The notes: generated by a model not told the origin, from the letters alone. A stretch of 33,381 nucleotides of DNA from Dehalococcoidia bacterium (GCA_034432835.1 DAOUBE010000239.1:1-33381); one strand, 5' to 3'; shown: positions 1-9,690, numbered from the stretch's first letter. Made by a program: numbers and translations.

Positions 1-80
1 CCTGGACTACAACACCCCAGCCCAGTATCTTACTAAGCACCACCCAGAACTGGTCCCTAAAATAGCCCGACTGTCTCATA

Positions 81-97
81 TGTACTGAACCAGTACA
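81..97. promoter_or_regulatory. Inverted repeat TGTACTG-AAC-CAGTACA; candidate operator upstream of the ribokinase promoter
   Basis: Perfect 7-bp arms with a 3-nt spacer, read directly from the sequence. It ends 5 nt before the -35 hexamer. Confidence 0.3.
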
Positions 98-102
98 CTC
101 CA

Positions 103-132
103 TTGACACCCACGAACGACCGGTGCTAACGT
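103..132 (+). promoter_or_regulatory. Sigma70-like promoter for ribokinase
   Basis: TTGACA at 103-108, TG at 124-125 and TAACGT at 127-132 with an 18-nt spacer (extended -10 type). It lies 27 nt upstream of the ATG at 159. Confidence 0.4.
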
Positions 133-158
133 GACCGCCGAAAGGAGAACGGAAGACC

Positions 159-1088
159 ATGGAGAGTCCTGTCATTGTCGTGCTGGGCGGCATAAACATG
201 GACCTTATCACCCACACGCCCCGTTTCCCACGGCCCGGCGAGACCGTGGTGGGCAGCCGGTTCTTCACCACCGCGGGCGGCAAGGGGGCCAACCAGGCGG
301 TGGCGGCGGCCCGCCTGGGGGCATCGGTCAGGATGGTGGGCCGCGTGGGCGGCGATATCTTCGGCCCACAGTTGGTGGACGGCCTCAAGGCCGACGGCAT
401 TGACGTGTCCGGCGTGGGCACAGACCCAGGCACCAGCTCCGGCATCGCCGTCATCAGCATAGACCAGACGGCCCAGAACCAGATCATCCAGGTGCCGGGC
501 GCCAACCACACCTGCGGGCCAGCGGAGGTGGAGCAGGTGAAGCGGGCCCTAGAGGGCGCTTCGGTGCTGATGCTTCAGATGGAGTTGCCCGTCCCGGTCA
601 CCCTGGAAGCTGCCCGCCTGGCGTTCAGGAAGGGTGTGCCCGTGGTCTTCGACCCCGCTCCTCCCGTACCCTTCCCCAGCGAGATGTTTCGACTGGTGAG
701 CTATCTGACCCCCAATGAGACCGAGGCTGAGGCCCTGGTGGGCTTCCCGGTCACCGGGCCGGAGTCGGCGGAGAAGGCCGCCCGAAGGCTGCTGGAGCGG
801 GGAGTCCCCCACGTGCTGGTGAAGATGGGTGCCCAGGGGGCCTTCCTGGCTACCAGGGACACCATGCAGCACTACCCGGCCATCCCTGTCAAGGCAGTGG
901 ACACCGTGGCCGCCGGCGACGCCTTCAACGCCGGCCTCACTGTGGCCGTGGCCGAGGGCCGGCCGCTAAAGGAGGCGGTCTGGTGGGCCGTGGCGGCCGG
1001 CGCCATGGCCGTCACCAAGCCCGGCGCCCAGACCTCCATGCCCCACCGCCAGGAGGTCGAGGCCCTCCTGAAGAAGCACAGGACTTAA
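159..1088 (+). CDS. rbsK: Ribokinase (PfkB family)
   Basis: 309-aa ORF. It carries 'VVLGGINMDL..PGETV..GGKGANQAVAAARLG' and the C-terminal 'DTVAAGDAFNAG' carbohydrate-kinase signatures. A GGAG RBS lies about 11 nt upstream. Confidence 0.85.
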   Translation: MESPVIVVLGGINMDLITHTPRFPRPGETVVGSRFFTTAGGKGANQAVAAARLGASVRMVGRVGGDIFGPQLVDGLKADGIDVSGVGTDPGTSSGIAVISIDQTAQNQIIQVPGANHTCGPAEVEQVKRALEGASVLMLQMELPVPVTLEAARLAFRKGVPVVFDPAPPVPFPSEMFRLVSYLTPNETEAEALVGFPVTGPESAEKAARRLLERGVPHVLVKMGAQGAFLATRDTMQHYPAIPVKAVDTVAAGDAFNAGLTVAVAEGRPLKEAVWWAVAAGAMAVTKPGAQTSMPHRQEVEALLKKHRT

Positions 1089-1134
1089 GAGTTTGGCGAT
1101 GCTTCTCTGGAGTGCCCGTCTCGCCTTCCCGGTG

Positions 1135-2526
1135 TCAGCCCACTAACATAGCGGTAAGGGTTCCCACGCTGTCCAGCCTCTCCAGGCGGTACACTGTCTC
1201 CAGCACCTTATCCGCCCTCTCCGGCATCAGCACCCCCTGGGCGCAGTCCCGGAACTTCTCCGCCAGCTCCTCCCGACCCATGGGGCGCTCCGGCGTCCCC
1301 CTGGAGGTATGGGCCTCCTTAGTCAGGATTCGCCCGTCCTTCAGCCTCAGCTCCAGCAGGCTCCGTATCCGGTCGAATCCCTTGGCCTCTATGTCCGGGT
1401 GCAGGTAGGGCGATACCCGCCCCATCATCTCCCTCACCTGGGGCGACGTCACCACCTCATCGGTGAAATCCCTAACCCCGGCCTGCCTCCTGAGCAGAAT
1501 GATAGCCATGGTAAAGGGTATACTGAACTTGGCCTGGAGCTCGTTCTGGGGCTGGGGGTACCGCAGGGCGTTGAGCACGTTGGAGCTGGTGCCCACCCGC
1601 AGCTCCGCCACCTGTTGGGGGTGCACATCGTGCTCCAGGACCAGCTCCCGCAGGGCATCCATGGAGGGATGGGCCAGGGGGCCGCAGGGGTAGGGCTTGA
1701 TGGAAACGCCCGGCTCCACCAGCGAGTAGGGTTTCCCCAACTTGCCCCGCACCAGCTCCGGCTGGCAGCCGCCCCCGGCCACCTGGAAGAAGCCCCACCG
1801 GCCGTCCAGGGCGTCGGGGTCAGTCTGGTAGCCCAGGGCGGCCAGCTTCGCCGCCACCACCCCGTTCTCGGCGGCGGCCCCTGCGTGGTAGGGCTTGGTC
1901 ATGGTGCCGAAGGCGGCCCGTATCCCCGCGCTCTTGCTGGCGGCTATGCCTATGGCGTGGCGCATCTGCTCCCGGGACAGCCCCAGCAGGCGGCCGGCCG
2001 CTGCCGCCGCGCCAAACACCCCGATGGTGCCGGTGGAGTGGAACCCGTTCTTGTAGTGATGGGGGTCAATGGCCTCGGCCACTTTGCAGGCCACCTCCAC
2101 CCCGACTACGTAGGCCGCCAGCAGGTCGCGCCCGCTGGCCCCTGCCTCCTCAGCCGTGGCCAGGGCGGCCGACAGCACCGGCACCGAGGGATGGGTCAGG
2201 AGGCCGTACACGCGGTCGGGTTGGGAGGAGATTTGGGTGTCGTCGTAGTCCAGGGCATGCCCCGCCACACCATTGGCTAGGGCCGCCAACTGGGCCGGCA
2301 GCCGCAGGCCAGCGCCCAGCACCGTTGCCTGGCCCTTGGCCCCCAGCCCTTGTGCATACTGGCGGACCACCGAGGCCGAAGGCGTCTCCACCCCCGCCAG
2401 CATGACGGCCAGGGTGTCCACCACCCCCTCTCGAGCCCGCTGGAGCACGGGGGCGGGTATGGCTTCAAAGGTTAGGTCAGCAGCGAACCGGGCCACCTCG
2501 GAAGTCAGGCTCTCTTCACGGGACAA
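1135..2526 (-). CDS. MmgE/PrpD family protein (2-methylcitrate dehydratase-like)
   Basis: 463-aa ORF with PrpD-type motifs ('ALDYDD', 'HPS..V..A', 'FHSTGT'). It has a TTG start at 2526, with GGGGGAG 7 nt upstream. Confidence 0.8.
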   Translation of the reverse strand: MSREESLTSEVARFAADLTFEAIPAPVLQRAREGVVDTLAVMLAGVETPSASVVRQYAQGLGAKGQATVLGAGLRLPAQLAALANGVAGHALDYDDTQISSQPDRVYGLLTHPSVPVLSAALATAEEAGASGRDLLAAYVVGVEVACKVAEAIDPHHYKNGFHSTGTIGVFGAAAAAGRLLGLSREQMRHAIGIAASKSAGIRAAFGTMTKPYHAGAAAENGVVAAKLAALGYQTDPDALDGRWGFFQVAGGGCQPELVRGKLGKPYSLVEPGVSIKPYPCGPLAHPSMDALRELVLEHDVHPQQVAELRVGTSSNVLNALRYPQPQNELQAKFSIPFTMAIILLRRQAGVRDFTDEVVTSPQVREMMGRVSPYLHPDIEAKGFDRIRSLLELRLKDGRILTKEAHTSRGTPERPMGREELAEKFRDCAQGVLMPERADKVLETVYRLERLDSVGTLTAMLVG

Positions 2527-2583
2527 GGCAGGACTCCCCCTTCATACAGTCCTCGTTGAGCTAACTCTGAGACACAGGAGGGC

Positions 2584-3708
2584 TCACCCCTCCCCGGTGT
2601 GCCCCGCGGCATCGGCCAGGGCCTTATCCATGACCTCTTGCACCTTCAGCCCATCGTAGAAGCTGGGCGACATCTCCCGGCGACCCAGTACCGCCTCCAC
2701 AAACCGCTGGGTGGAGTACCACGGCTTCCTCAACATGGTCGCCAGAAGGGAGGCCTCGTCGGTGAGGTCCAGGCCCTGGGTCAGCACCGCTGGCAGGGGA
2801 AGCACCTGGTCCCTGGTCTGGTCGCCCTGGGCACCCCGTACCGTCACCCAGCTCCTGGGGTCCAGGGTCCGGTTGGTATCCACCCGCAGGACACCTTGGC
2901 TGCCGTGCACCTCTGCCCGCACCTGCATCCCGCCCAGGCCCGGGTGGGCCACCCACGAGGCGTGGAGCACCCCCACGGCCCCCTTTTCGAAACGCACTGA
3001 GAGGGCGGCGGTGTCATCGGTCTGGTTGGGCACCCATTCCCCAGTCTCGGGGTCCTTGAGCCTGGGTACGAAGGTGGCTAGCTGGCACCGCACATGGGCT
3101 ATCTCCCCCGCCAACCAGCGGGCCAGGTCGATCATGTGGGAGCCCAGGTCGGCCAGGACCCCGGAGCCCGCCTGTTTCTTGTCCCGGCGCCACACCAATT
3201 CCTCCTTGCCATAGTGGTAATTGCCCAGGTAGCTTATGGCAACGTGGCGTACCTCACCCACATACCCCTCGTCTATGAGCTGCTTCATGTAGGTCACGGC
3301 GGGCACGCCCCGGAAGGTGAAGTGCACCATGTGCACCACCCCTGCCGCCTTGGCCCGCTGGTACATCTCTTGGGCTTCGGCGACGTTCATGCCCAGGGGC
3401 TTCTCGCAGAAGACGTGCTTACCTGCCTCCAGGGCGGCTATAGTTTGAGGGTAGTGCAGGTTGTTGGGCGTCACCACCAGCACTGCGTCCACCTCGGGGC
3501 TGGCCACCAGTTCCCGGTAGTCGGTGTACACGCGGGGGACACCGAAGCGGGATGCCACCTCCTGGGCCCGGGCACGGTTACGGCCGCACAGGGCTACTAT
3601 GTCCACATCGGGGTGGTTCCTCAGGCTAGTGAGGTGAAAGCGCTGGGTGAAGGAGCTGGTGCCGATGACGCCCACGCGGAGTCGTTGGCCGGAGCGGGGG
3701 GTGCTCAT
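2584..3708 (-). CDS. Gfo/Idh/MocA family NAD(P)-dependent oxidoreductase
   Basis: Rossmann N-terminus 'LRVGVIGTSSF', plus the 'VFCEKPL' and 'GSHMIDL' motifs. I chose the internal ATG at 3708 because AGGAGG precedes it; the ORF track extends to 3771. Confidence 0.8.
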   Translation of the reverse strand: MSTPRSGQRLRVGVIGTSSFTQRFHLTSLRNHPDVDIVALCGRNRARAQEVASRFGVPRVYTDYRELVASPEVDAVLVVTPNNLHYPQTIAALEAGKHVFCEKPLGMNVAEAQEMYQRAKAAGVVHMVHFTFRGVPAVTYMKQLIDEGYVGEVRHVAISYLGNYHYGKEELVWRRDKKQAGSGVLADLGSHMIDLARWLAGEIAHVRCQLATFVPRLKDPETGEWVPNQTDDTAALSVRFEKGAVGVLHASWVAHPGLGGMQVRAEVHGSQGVLRVDTNRTLDPRSWVTVRGAQGDQTRDQVLPLPAVLTQGLDLTDEASLLATMLRKPWYSTQRFVEAVLGRREMSPSFYDGLKVQEVMDKALADAAGHTGEG

Positions 3709-3774
3709 GGGTGCCTCCTGTAGGTATGCAGTGGCTAGGATTATAGCACCTTGGCCCTGCGGCGAAGACAAGCA

Positions 3775-5199
3775 TCACCCCACCTGCTCCTTTATCATCT
3801 CGCAGGAGACCACCACGTACTTGCCCCAGGAATCGGACAGTACCGAGTACCCCTCCTGGGCCCGGGCGTTGCTGGTATCCAGGTACGAGTTCCCCAGGGT
3901 AATGTCATCCTGGAGGTAGTAGTCTATGGCCCGCATCCAGTCGGCGAAGCTTTGCTGGTACTTCAGGCGGGCCTCCTCCACCAGGGTCCCAGCCGGCAGG
4001 CGCTCCACGGCCTCCAACATCTGTTGGATCCTCGCCTTGAAGTTCAGGTACTCCTCATCGGTCATCTCCGACTGGGTGTTCCAGTCGGAGATGACGTTGT
4101 CCCGCTCCTCCAGCAGGTCGGATAGCTCGCATACCGTGCGCCCAGCTACTTCTTCAGGTAGGAAAGTAAGAAGGCTAGGCAGCAAGTCTTGGGCAATATA
4201 ATCATCCAATTGAATGCTGGCGCCCCCGTCCTGTACCAGCGTACGCAGCCCCTCCTCCCCCGACGCCTCTATCACGCGCCGGACCACCAGGATGCTGACG
4301 TCGTACAGCAACTGGAAGTCCTCCTGGGAGGCGGCGCTCCCCGACCAGTCGGCCGCGCTGAGCTGGGCTCCCGTTGGCAAAGCACCTCTAAGGTAGGCGT
4401 CCCTCACCTGGTACCTCTGCTGAAGGTACTCCCGCTGGGCGAACTCCGGGCGTGTGATGAGGGACTCCACGTACTGGGCCACCCCCTCGTCCAGCCACCG
4501 GGGCAGGTCCAGGTCATACAGGGCCGCGTGGGTGGTCTCGTGGGCCGTGGTCCGCTGGGTTATATCCTGCACGTGCTCAGCCAGCCACTGAAAGCGCTCC
4601 TGCTCCGGCACCGAAGCGTCCCACACCCGCACGGCGGCCCGGTTCACCACTATCTCGTGGCCTCGAGCAAACCCCTGGGTCCACTCAGGGTGGTCTCCGG
4701 AGTAGATGTCGTCGTAGGTCTGCGAGTCCAGTAGGTAGAAGTCTATAGGCACCACCTTCAGACCAAACTTGGAGGTTAGTATCTGCCAAGCCTTCTCGTA
4801 TGCATCCAAGACCCAGTCTAGCTGAGTCTGGGACGTATCAGGATCGTAATAAAGGTCCAGATTCTCAGCGCTATAGGTCGCCAGGTTGTACTTCTGGGCG
4901 TAGGTGGGTGTTGGCGTGGGGGACGGTGTAGGGGTGCTGGTGGGTGTGGGGGTGGGGGTGGAGGTAGGCGTTGGGGCCCTCGTCGGCGTGGGAGTCCAGG
5001 TGGGCGTGGGTAACGAAGTGGGAGTGGGTGTGGCGGTGGCCGTGGGGCTGGGCACACGGCTGGGGGTAGAGGTGGGCGAAGGCTGGCTGGCTGTGGGTGA
5101 CACCGAAGGGGTATGCCCAGCAGGGGAAGTCCGCTGGACACAGGCTGAGAGGAAAACCAACGAGGCCAGCAAGACTACCCGCAGTACCAGACATGCCAT
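3775..5199 (-). CDS. Secreted lipoprotein with Pro/Thr-rich linker and HExxH (MA-clan-like) metallopeptidase domain
   Basis: Signal peptide '[20 protein letters not shown]' ends in a lipobox-like LSAC and is followed by a P/T/S-rich linker of about 80 aa. '[11 protein letters not shown]...WLDEGVAQY' gives HExxH plus a downstream Glu, as in Peptidase_MA_2-type proteins. Confidence 0.7.
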   Translation of the reverse strand: MACLVLRVVLLASLVFLSACVQRTSPAGHTPSVSPTASQPSPTSTPSRVPSPTATATPTPTSLPTPTWTPTPTRAPTPTSTPTPTPTSTPTPSPTPTPTYAQKYNLATYSAENLDLYYDPDTSQTQLDWVLDAYEKAWQILTSKFGLKVVPIDFYLLDSQTYDDIYSGDHPEWTQGFARGHEIVVNRAAVRVWDASVPEQERFQWLAEHVQDITQRTTAHETTHAALYDLDLPRWLDEGVAQYVESLITRPEFAQREYLQQRYQVRDAYLRGALPTGAQLSAADWSGSAASQEDFQLLYDVSILVVRRVIEASGEEGLRTLVQDGGASIQLDDYIAQDLLPSLLTFLPEEVAGRTVCELSDLLEERDNVISDWNTQSEMTDEEYLNFKARIQQMLEAVERLPAGTLVEEARLKYQQSFADWMRAIDYYLQDDITLGNSYLDTSNARAQEGYSVLSDSWGKYVVVSCEMIKEQVG

Positions 5200-5308
5200 G
5201 CAGCCTGTGCTCCTATTTCGCTTGCTTCCTCCACCTCCCCCTAAGCCACGGCGCCAAAAATCTTAGCCACCACCGCCGTGGGTGTCCAGCACCCGGCGCC
5301 TCCGCGCC

Positions 5309-5336
5309 TTGACATCTGTCCTTCGTACCCTAGAAT
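5309..5336 (+). promoter_or_regulatory. Sigma70-like promoter for the tandem dehydratase genes
   Basis: TTGACA at 5309-5314, a 16-nt spacer and TAGAAT at 5331-5336. It lies 37 nt upstream of the GTG at 5373, which is preceded by CAGGAG. Confidence 0.5.
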
Positions 5337-5372
5337 AGGGGCGGCCTCGATACCATTCCCCAGGAGCCGCCC

Positions 5373-6512
5373 GTGAAGATCACTGACATCGTGACCTATC
5401 ACGCCCACGATGGCACCCGCAACAGCATCTTCCTCCAGGTCCTCACTGACGAGGGTATCACCGGCGTGGGGGAGCCCTACACCATCGGCGCCGACCCCGG
5501 CGTCATCGCCCTCATCCAGTCCATCAAGGGATGGTTCGTGGGCCAGGATCCCCTGCGCATCGAATGGCTGCTGCGGCGGGCCCGCAACACCATGCGCTTC
5601 CCTCTGGGCCCTGTTGACTGGTCGGCCCTCTCCGGCATCGAGCACGCCCTGTGGGACATCGCGGGCAAGGCAGCCGGCGTCCCCGTGTACATGCTGCTGG
5701 GCGGCCGGTTCCGGCACCGTGTCCGCGTCTATCACGCCATCTACGACCCCGACCCCGAGAAGCTGGCAGAGCATGCCCTCCAGCTTATGGACGAGGGCTA
5801 CACCGCCTTCAAGACCACGCCCTTTCCCCCCGGCTGGCGCACCATGCCCTGGAACCAGGTGCTCCGGGAGTCGGCGCGGCGCATGGAGGTGCTGCGCAGG
5901 GCCGTGGGGGAGAGCGTGGACGTTGGCCTGGATGTCCACGCCACCCTGCGAGAGCCTGTCCGAGCAGGGCAGCTCGCCGAGGCCCTGTCCCCCTACCGTC
6001 CCATGTTCGTCGAGGAGCCGGTGCGCCCGGAGCACATCCAGTCCACGGCCCGAGTGCGGGAGCGGATCCGGGTGCCCGTAGCCACCGGCGAGAATCTGTA
6101 TGGCCTGAGCCAGTTCACTGACCTGATAGAGGCCGGCGCCGCCGACATCATCCAGCCGGACCTGTGCTCCTGCGGCGGCCTCTTGGAAACCAAGAAGATC
6201 GCCGCCGTGGCCGAGGCCAACTACGTGACGGTGGCACCCCACAACCCCCTGGGTCTGCTCTCCACCGCCGTCAGCGTCCATCTAGCCGCCTGCATCCCCA
6301 ACTTCCTCATCCTGGAGTACCATGGCGACCACAACCGCCCCAAGGCCCAGTTCGTGGACGACCCGTGGCGGCCGGTGAAGGGCTACTTTGAGCTCCCCAC
6401 CCGGCCTGGCCTGGGCATGGAACTTAACTTGGAAGTCATCCGCGCCCACCCGCCCAAGCACTGGGACCGGGGCTTCCCCACCTACACCGACGGGGCCCCG
6501 GCGTTTATCTAG
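5373..6512 (+). CDS. Enolase-superfamily dehydratase, galactonate dehydratase (DgoD)-like, paralog 1
   Basis: 379 aa. N-terminal 'MKITDI...TDEGITGVGE', 'SGIEHALWDI.GK', and metal/acid-base motifs 'GLDVH', 'FVEEP', 'ATGE', 'IIQPD', 'APHNP'. Confidence 0.8.
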   Translation: MKITDIVTYHAHDGTRNSIFLQVLTDEGITGVGEPYTIGADPGVIALIQSIKGWFVGQDPLRIEWLLRRARNTMRFPLGPVDWSALSGIEHALWDIAGKAAGVPVYMLLGGRFRHRVRVYHAIYDPDPEKLAEHALQLMDEGYTAFKTTPFPPGWRTMPWNQVLRESARRMEVLRRAVGESVDVGLDVHATLREPVRAGQLAEALSPYRPMFVEEPVRPEHIQSTARVRERIRVPVATGENLYGLSQFTDLIEAGAADIIQPDLCSCGGLLETKKIAAVAEANYVTVAPHNPLGLLSTAVSVHLAACIPNFLILEYHGDHNRPKAQFVDDPWRPVKGYFELPTRPGLGMELNLEVIRAHPPKHWDRGFPTYTDGAPAFI

Positions 6513-6586
6513 AAAGGACACCCCTGGACACTCTGCCCAGGGGACAGGGAGATGCCCTACCTTAGCCTGCCTACAAGGAGACGACT

Positions 6587-7729
6587 GTGAAGATCACCAA
6601 CATCCGCTGTTTGGTGGCCGACGCTGGAGGGCGCAATATCCTCTTTGTCAAGACGGAGACGGACGAGGGGATCACGGGCATCGGCGAGGCCTACTGCGTG
6701 GGGCCAGACCTGGCCGTGGCTGCCACCATCGACTACCTCAAGGAGTGGCTGGTGGGGGAGGACCCAAGGAATATCGAGTACCTGTGGGCGCTGATGTACC
6801 AGGGCCTCCGCTTTCCACCCGGCTCCGTAGGCCTGGCCGCCATCAGCGGCATCGAGCACACCCTGTGGGACATCTCGGCCAAGGCCCTAGGGCTGCCAGT
6901 GTACCGCCTGCTGGGCGGCCAGGTGCGGGACAAGATTCGCGTTTACCAGAGCTGCCACGGCCGCACTCCCCAGGAGGCGGCGGAGCACGCCCTCTCCCTC
7001 ATCGACCGCTACGGCTACACCGCCCTGAAGATGAGCCCCTACCCACCCAACCCCGACTCCCGCCTGTGGAACGATGTGCTCCAGGAAGGCCCGCGCTTCC
7101 TGGAGGCGGTGCGCAAGGCCGTGGGCGACGATGTGGACATCGGCCTGGATGCCCACGCTAAGATCTTCGAGCCTATCTGGGCCCTGGAACTCTCCGACGC
7201 CATTGCGCCCTACCGCCCCTTCTTCCTGGAGGAGCCTATCCGTCCGGAGAACATCCAGGCCATGGGCGCCCTGCGCCGCAAGATGTCTGTGCCCCTGGCC
7301 ACGGGCGAGTGCCTGTACGCCAAGTTCGAGTTCAACGACCTGCTCCAGGCCGAGGCCGCCGACATCATCCAACCCGATGTGTGCATCTGCGGTGGACTGA
7401 TGGAGATGCGTAAGATAGCTGCCCTGGCTGAGGCCCACGACGTGGTGGTGGCCCCCCACAACCCCATGGGCCCCGTGGCCACAGCGGTGAACGTGCACTT
7501 CGCCGCCGCCACTACCAACTTCCTGGTGCTGGAGTTCGTCCCCCACGACACCGGCCGCCGCGCCGAGTTCGTCCAGGAGCCGTGGGTGCCCAAGGACGGC
7601 TACTTGCCCCTGCCCGCCAAGCCCGGCTGGGGCATAGAGCTGAACGAGGAGGCCATTGCCCGGCACCCCTATAAGCCCTGGCGCCGGGGTGATCCCCGCC
7701 GCCCGGACCGCAGCCCGGCGTTCATTTAA
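6587..7729 (+). CDS. Enolase-superfamily dehydratase, DgoD-like, paralog 2 (tandem duplicate)
   Basis: 380 aa. By eye it aligns along its whole length with the upstream paralog at roughly half identical positions, including the shared C-terminal '(A/S)PAFI'. GTG start with AAGGAG upstream. Confidence 0.8.
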   Translation: MKITNIRCLVADAGGRNILFVKTETDEGITGIGEAYCVGPDLAVAATIDYLKEWLVGEDPRNIEYLWALMYQGLRFPPGSVGLAAISGIEHTLWDISAKALGLPVYRLLGGQVRDKIRVYQSCHGRTPQEAAEHALSLIDRYGYTALKMSPYPPNPDSRLWNDVLQEGPRFLEAVRKAVGDDVDIGLDAHAKIFEPIWALELSDAIAPYRPFFLEEPIRPENIQAMGALRRKMSVPLATGECLYAKFEFNDLLQAEAADIIQPDVCICGGLMEMRKIAALAEAHDVVVAPHNPMGPVATAVNVHFAAATTNFLVLEFVPHDTGRRAEFVQEPWVPKDGYLPLPAKPGWGIELNEEAIARHPYKPWRRGDPRRPDRSPAFI

Positions 7730-7756
7730 CCACCCAGAACGCCAAGACGCAGAAAA

Positions 7757-7790
7757 GCTGGCTATCTTTCAAGGTCAGCCGGTTCTCTTA
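7757..7790 (+). terminator. Weak hairpin plus T-rich tail between convergent dehydratase genes
   Basis: GCTGGCT (7757-7763) pairs with AGCCGGT (7777-7783) with one G-U pair, followed by TCTCTTA. It is imperfect and the U-tract is short. Confidence 0.2.
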
Positions 7791-7821
7791 AGACCTAGAA
7801 CGCATTGGCCCTAGGATTCCT

Positions 7822-9000
7822 TCAGCGGTGACTCCTAGTCTCCCCCAGCACGTACTCCCCTGGCTGGTCCGAGACCTCGATGGCGACATCGCTACGCTGG
7901 CGCACCTCGGGTCGGAGGCGGGTCCCCAGCCCGGGGCCCTGGGGCGCCAGCAGGAAGCCGTCTTTCACCGTGATGTTGGGCTCCACGAACCGGCCGTACC
8001 AGCCCTGGTAGTAGGAGCGTACCGTCTCCATTATCATGACGTTGGGCACGTTCATGCAGATGTGAGCGCAGGCGAAGACGTTCACCGGCCCCGTGCAGTC
8101 GTGGGGCGTGACGGGGAGCTGGTAGGTCTCGGCCATGGTGCAGATCTTCTTGGTCTCGGTGATGCCCCCCGTCCAGATAAGGTCCGGCATCACTATGTCA
8201 ACGGCGCCCTTCTCGATGAAGTCCCGGAACCGGTACCGCGAAACCAAGCGCTCGGCGGCACAGATGGGCGTTTTGGTAGCCTGGGCCAGGCGCAGGTGGG
8301 CCTCCATATTCAACGGCTGGAGCAGCTCCTCCTGCCACATCATGTCGTAGGGCTCCATGGCCTGGGCGATGCGGATGGCGTTGGGCAGGTTCCACCGTGC
8401 ACCGCCGTCGTGGGCTATCTCTATCTGGTTGCCCAGGGCCTGACGCACCTTTCGTATGGGCTCCAGGCTCTCCTGTAGGTCCCGAGGCGCCAGGTACTGC
8501 CCCCGGGTGGGGGCGGCCAGGCGGCCCAGGTGATAGACCTTCATGGCCGTGATCCCTTCCTTCAAAAGGCTCTCGGCCAGGCCCACAGGGTCATCCAGGA
8601 ACCACTGGAAGTCTTGGATATCGCCGTAGCTGGCGCAGGTGTTGTAAACGCGGATACGGTCCCGACAGGCCCCGCCCAGCAAGTTATAGATGGGCTGGCC
8701 GGTGGCCTGGCCCGCGATGTCCCACAGAGCGATGTCTATGGCCGAGAGGGCTCGGCCCTCCGCCCCACCGTAGCCCCAGGACTCCGCCTTATCGAACATA
8801 GTCTGCCACAGCAGCTCCACCCTCAAGGGGTCCTGGCCGATGATGAGGGGTGCGAAGACCTCGTGGACCACCGCCGCCACCGCGCGGGGGGCGTACCAGG
8901 TCTCCCCCAGGCCCACCAGGCCCTCATCGGTGTACACCTGCACCCACAGAATGTGGCTCAGCTCCTGGACCCGTATAGTCTCCACCTTGGTGATTTTCAC
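7822..9000 (-). CDS. Mandelate racemase/muconate lactonizing enzyme family protein (enolase superfamily), paralog 3
   Basis: 392 aa. 'MKITKVETI...TDEGLVGLGE', 'SAIDIALWDI.GQ', 'IAHDG', 'WQEE', 'AAER', 'IVMPD', 'TPHD'. GTG start preceded by AGGAGG. Confidence 0.8.
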   Translation of the reverse strand: MKITKVETIRVQELSHILWVQVYTDEGLVGLGETWYAPRAVAAVVHEVFAPLIIGQDPLRVELLWQTMFDKAESWGYGGAEGRALSAIDIALWDIAGQATGQPIYNLLGGACRDRIRVYNTCASYGDIQDFQWFLDDPVGLAESLLKEGITAMKVYHLGRLAAPTRGQYLAPRDLQESLEPIRKVRQALGNQIEIAHDGGARWNLPNAIRIAQAMEPYDMMWQEELLQPLNMEAHLRLAQATKTPICAAERLVSRYRFRDFIEKGAVDIVMPDLIWTGGITETKKICTMAETYQLPVTPHDCTGPVNVFACAHICMNVPNVMIMETVRSYYQGWYGRFVEPNITVKDGFLLAPQGPGLGTRLRPEVRQRSDVAIEVSDQPGEYVLGETRSHR

Positions 9001-9051
9001 GCTGTCCCTCCTGGAGCGGGTGCCGGACTGCCGGTAAGCATCCGGATGGTA

Positions 9052-9690
9052 CTAGGTGCCTAGCCAGGTGACATCCCCACACAGGTCCCTGGGCCGGGGC
9101 CGCGAGGCGAAGGCCTGGTACTCCCTCAGGGCTATGCCGATGGTAGTGTCCCTCCCGTGGCCCGGGTACACCGCCGTCTCCTCAGGCAGTACCAGCAACC
9201 TACGGGTAATGCTCTCCTCCAGCTGCTGGAACTCTTCGGGGGTGTTGGTGTGGCCGGGCCCACCTGGGAACAGGGTGTCGCCGGAGAACAGATGCTGGCC
9301 CACCAGCAGGCAGACGGAGCCAGGGGTGTGGCCAGGGGTGTGGAGGACCCGCAGGGTGTGGGCCCCTACTCGGAAAGAGTCGCCGTCTGCAAGGAGGAAG
9401 TCAGGAGGGGAGTCCAAGCTGCCGGCGTCGGCGGGGTGGATTCCAACAGGTGCCCCGGTGGCAGCCCGGAGCTGGGCCAGGCCCAGGTGGTGGTCATGGT
9501 GTCCGTGGGTGATGAGGATAGCCTGCACCCTCAGGCTGCCCAGCTCTACCAGGAGCTTAGCAGGCTCCCCAGGGGCGTCAATGACCACGGCCTCGGTACT
9601 CCCAGGGGCCGTGACGATGTAGGCGTTGTTGTCGAAGGGAGCCATGGGCACCTTGTATATCCTTACCGGGCCATCGTGGTGTAAGGGCAT
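9052..9690 (-). CDS. MBL-fold metallo-hydrolase (glyoxalase II-like)
   Basis: Carries the 'ILITHGHHDHHLG' HxHxDH motif and 'HTPGHTPGS'. I chose the internal ATG at 9690 ('MPLHHDGPVRIYK'); the ORF track extends to 9810. Confidence 0.8.
   Translation of the reverse strand: MPLHHDGPVRIYKVPMAPFDNNAYIVTAPGSTEAVVIDAPGEPAKLLVELGSLRVQAILITHGHHDHHLGLAQLRAATGAPVGIHPADAGSLDSPPDFLLADGDSFRVGAHTLRVLHTPGHTPGSVCLLVGQHLFSGDTLFPGGPGHTNTPEEFQQLEESITRRLLVLPEETAVYPGHGRDTTIGIALREYQAFASRPRPRDLCGDVTWLGT

Noticed and set aside
5241-7666. Long minus-strand ORFs (5241..6281 and 6887..7666) and several plus-strand alternate-frame ORFs over the dehydratase genes.
   Set aside because: They are antisense or out of frame relative to enolase-superfamily genes with clear catalytic motifs. 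Their composition is G/A/R/P/H-rich and no RBS is present.
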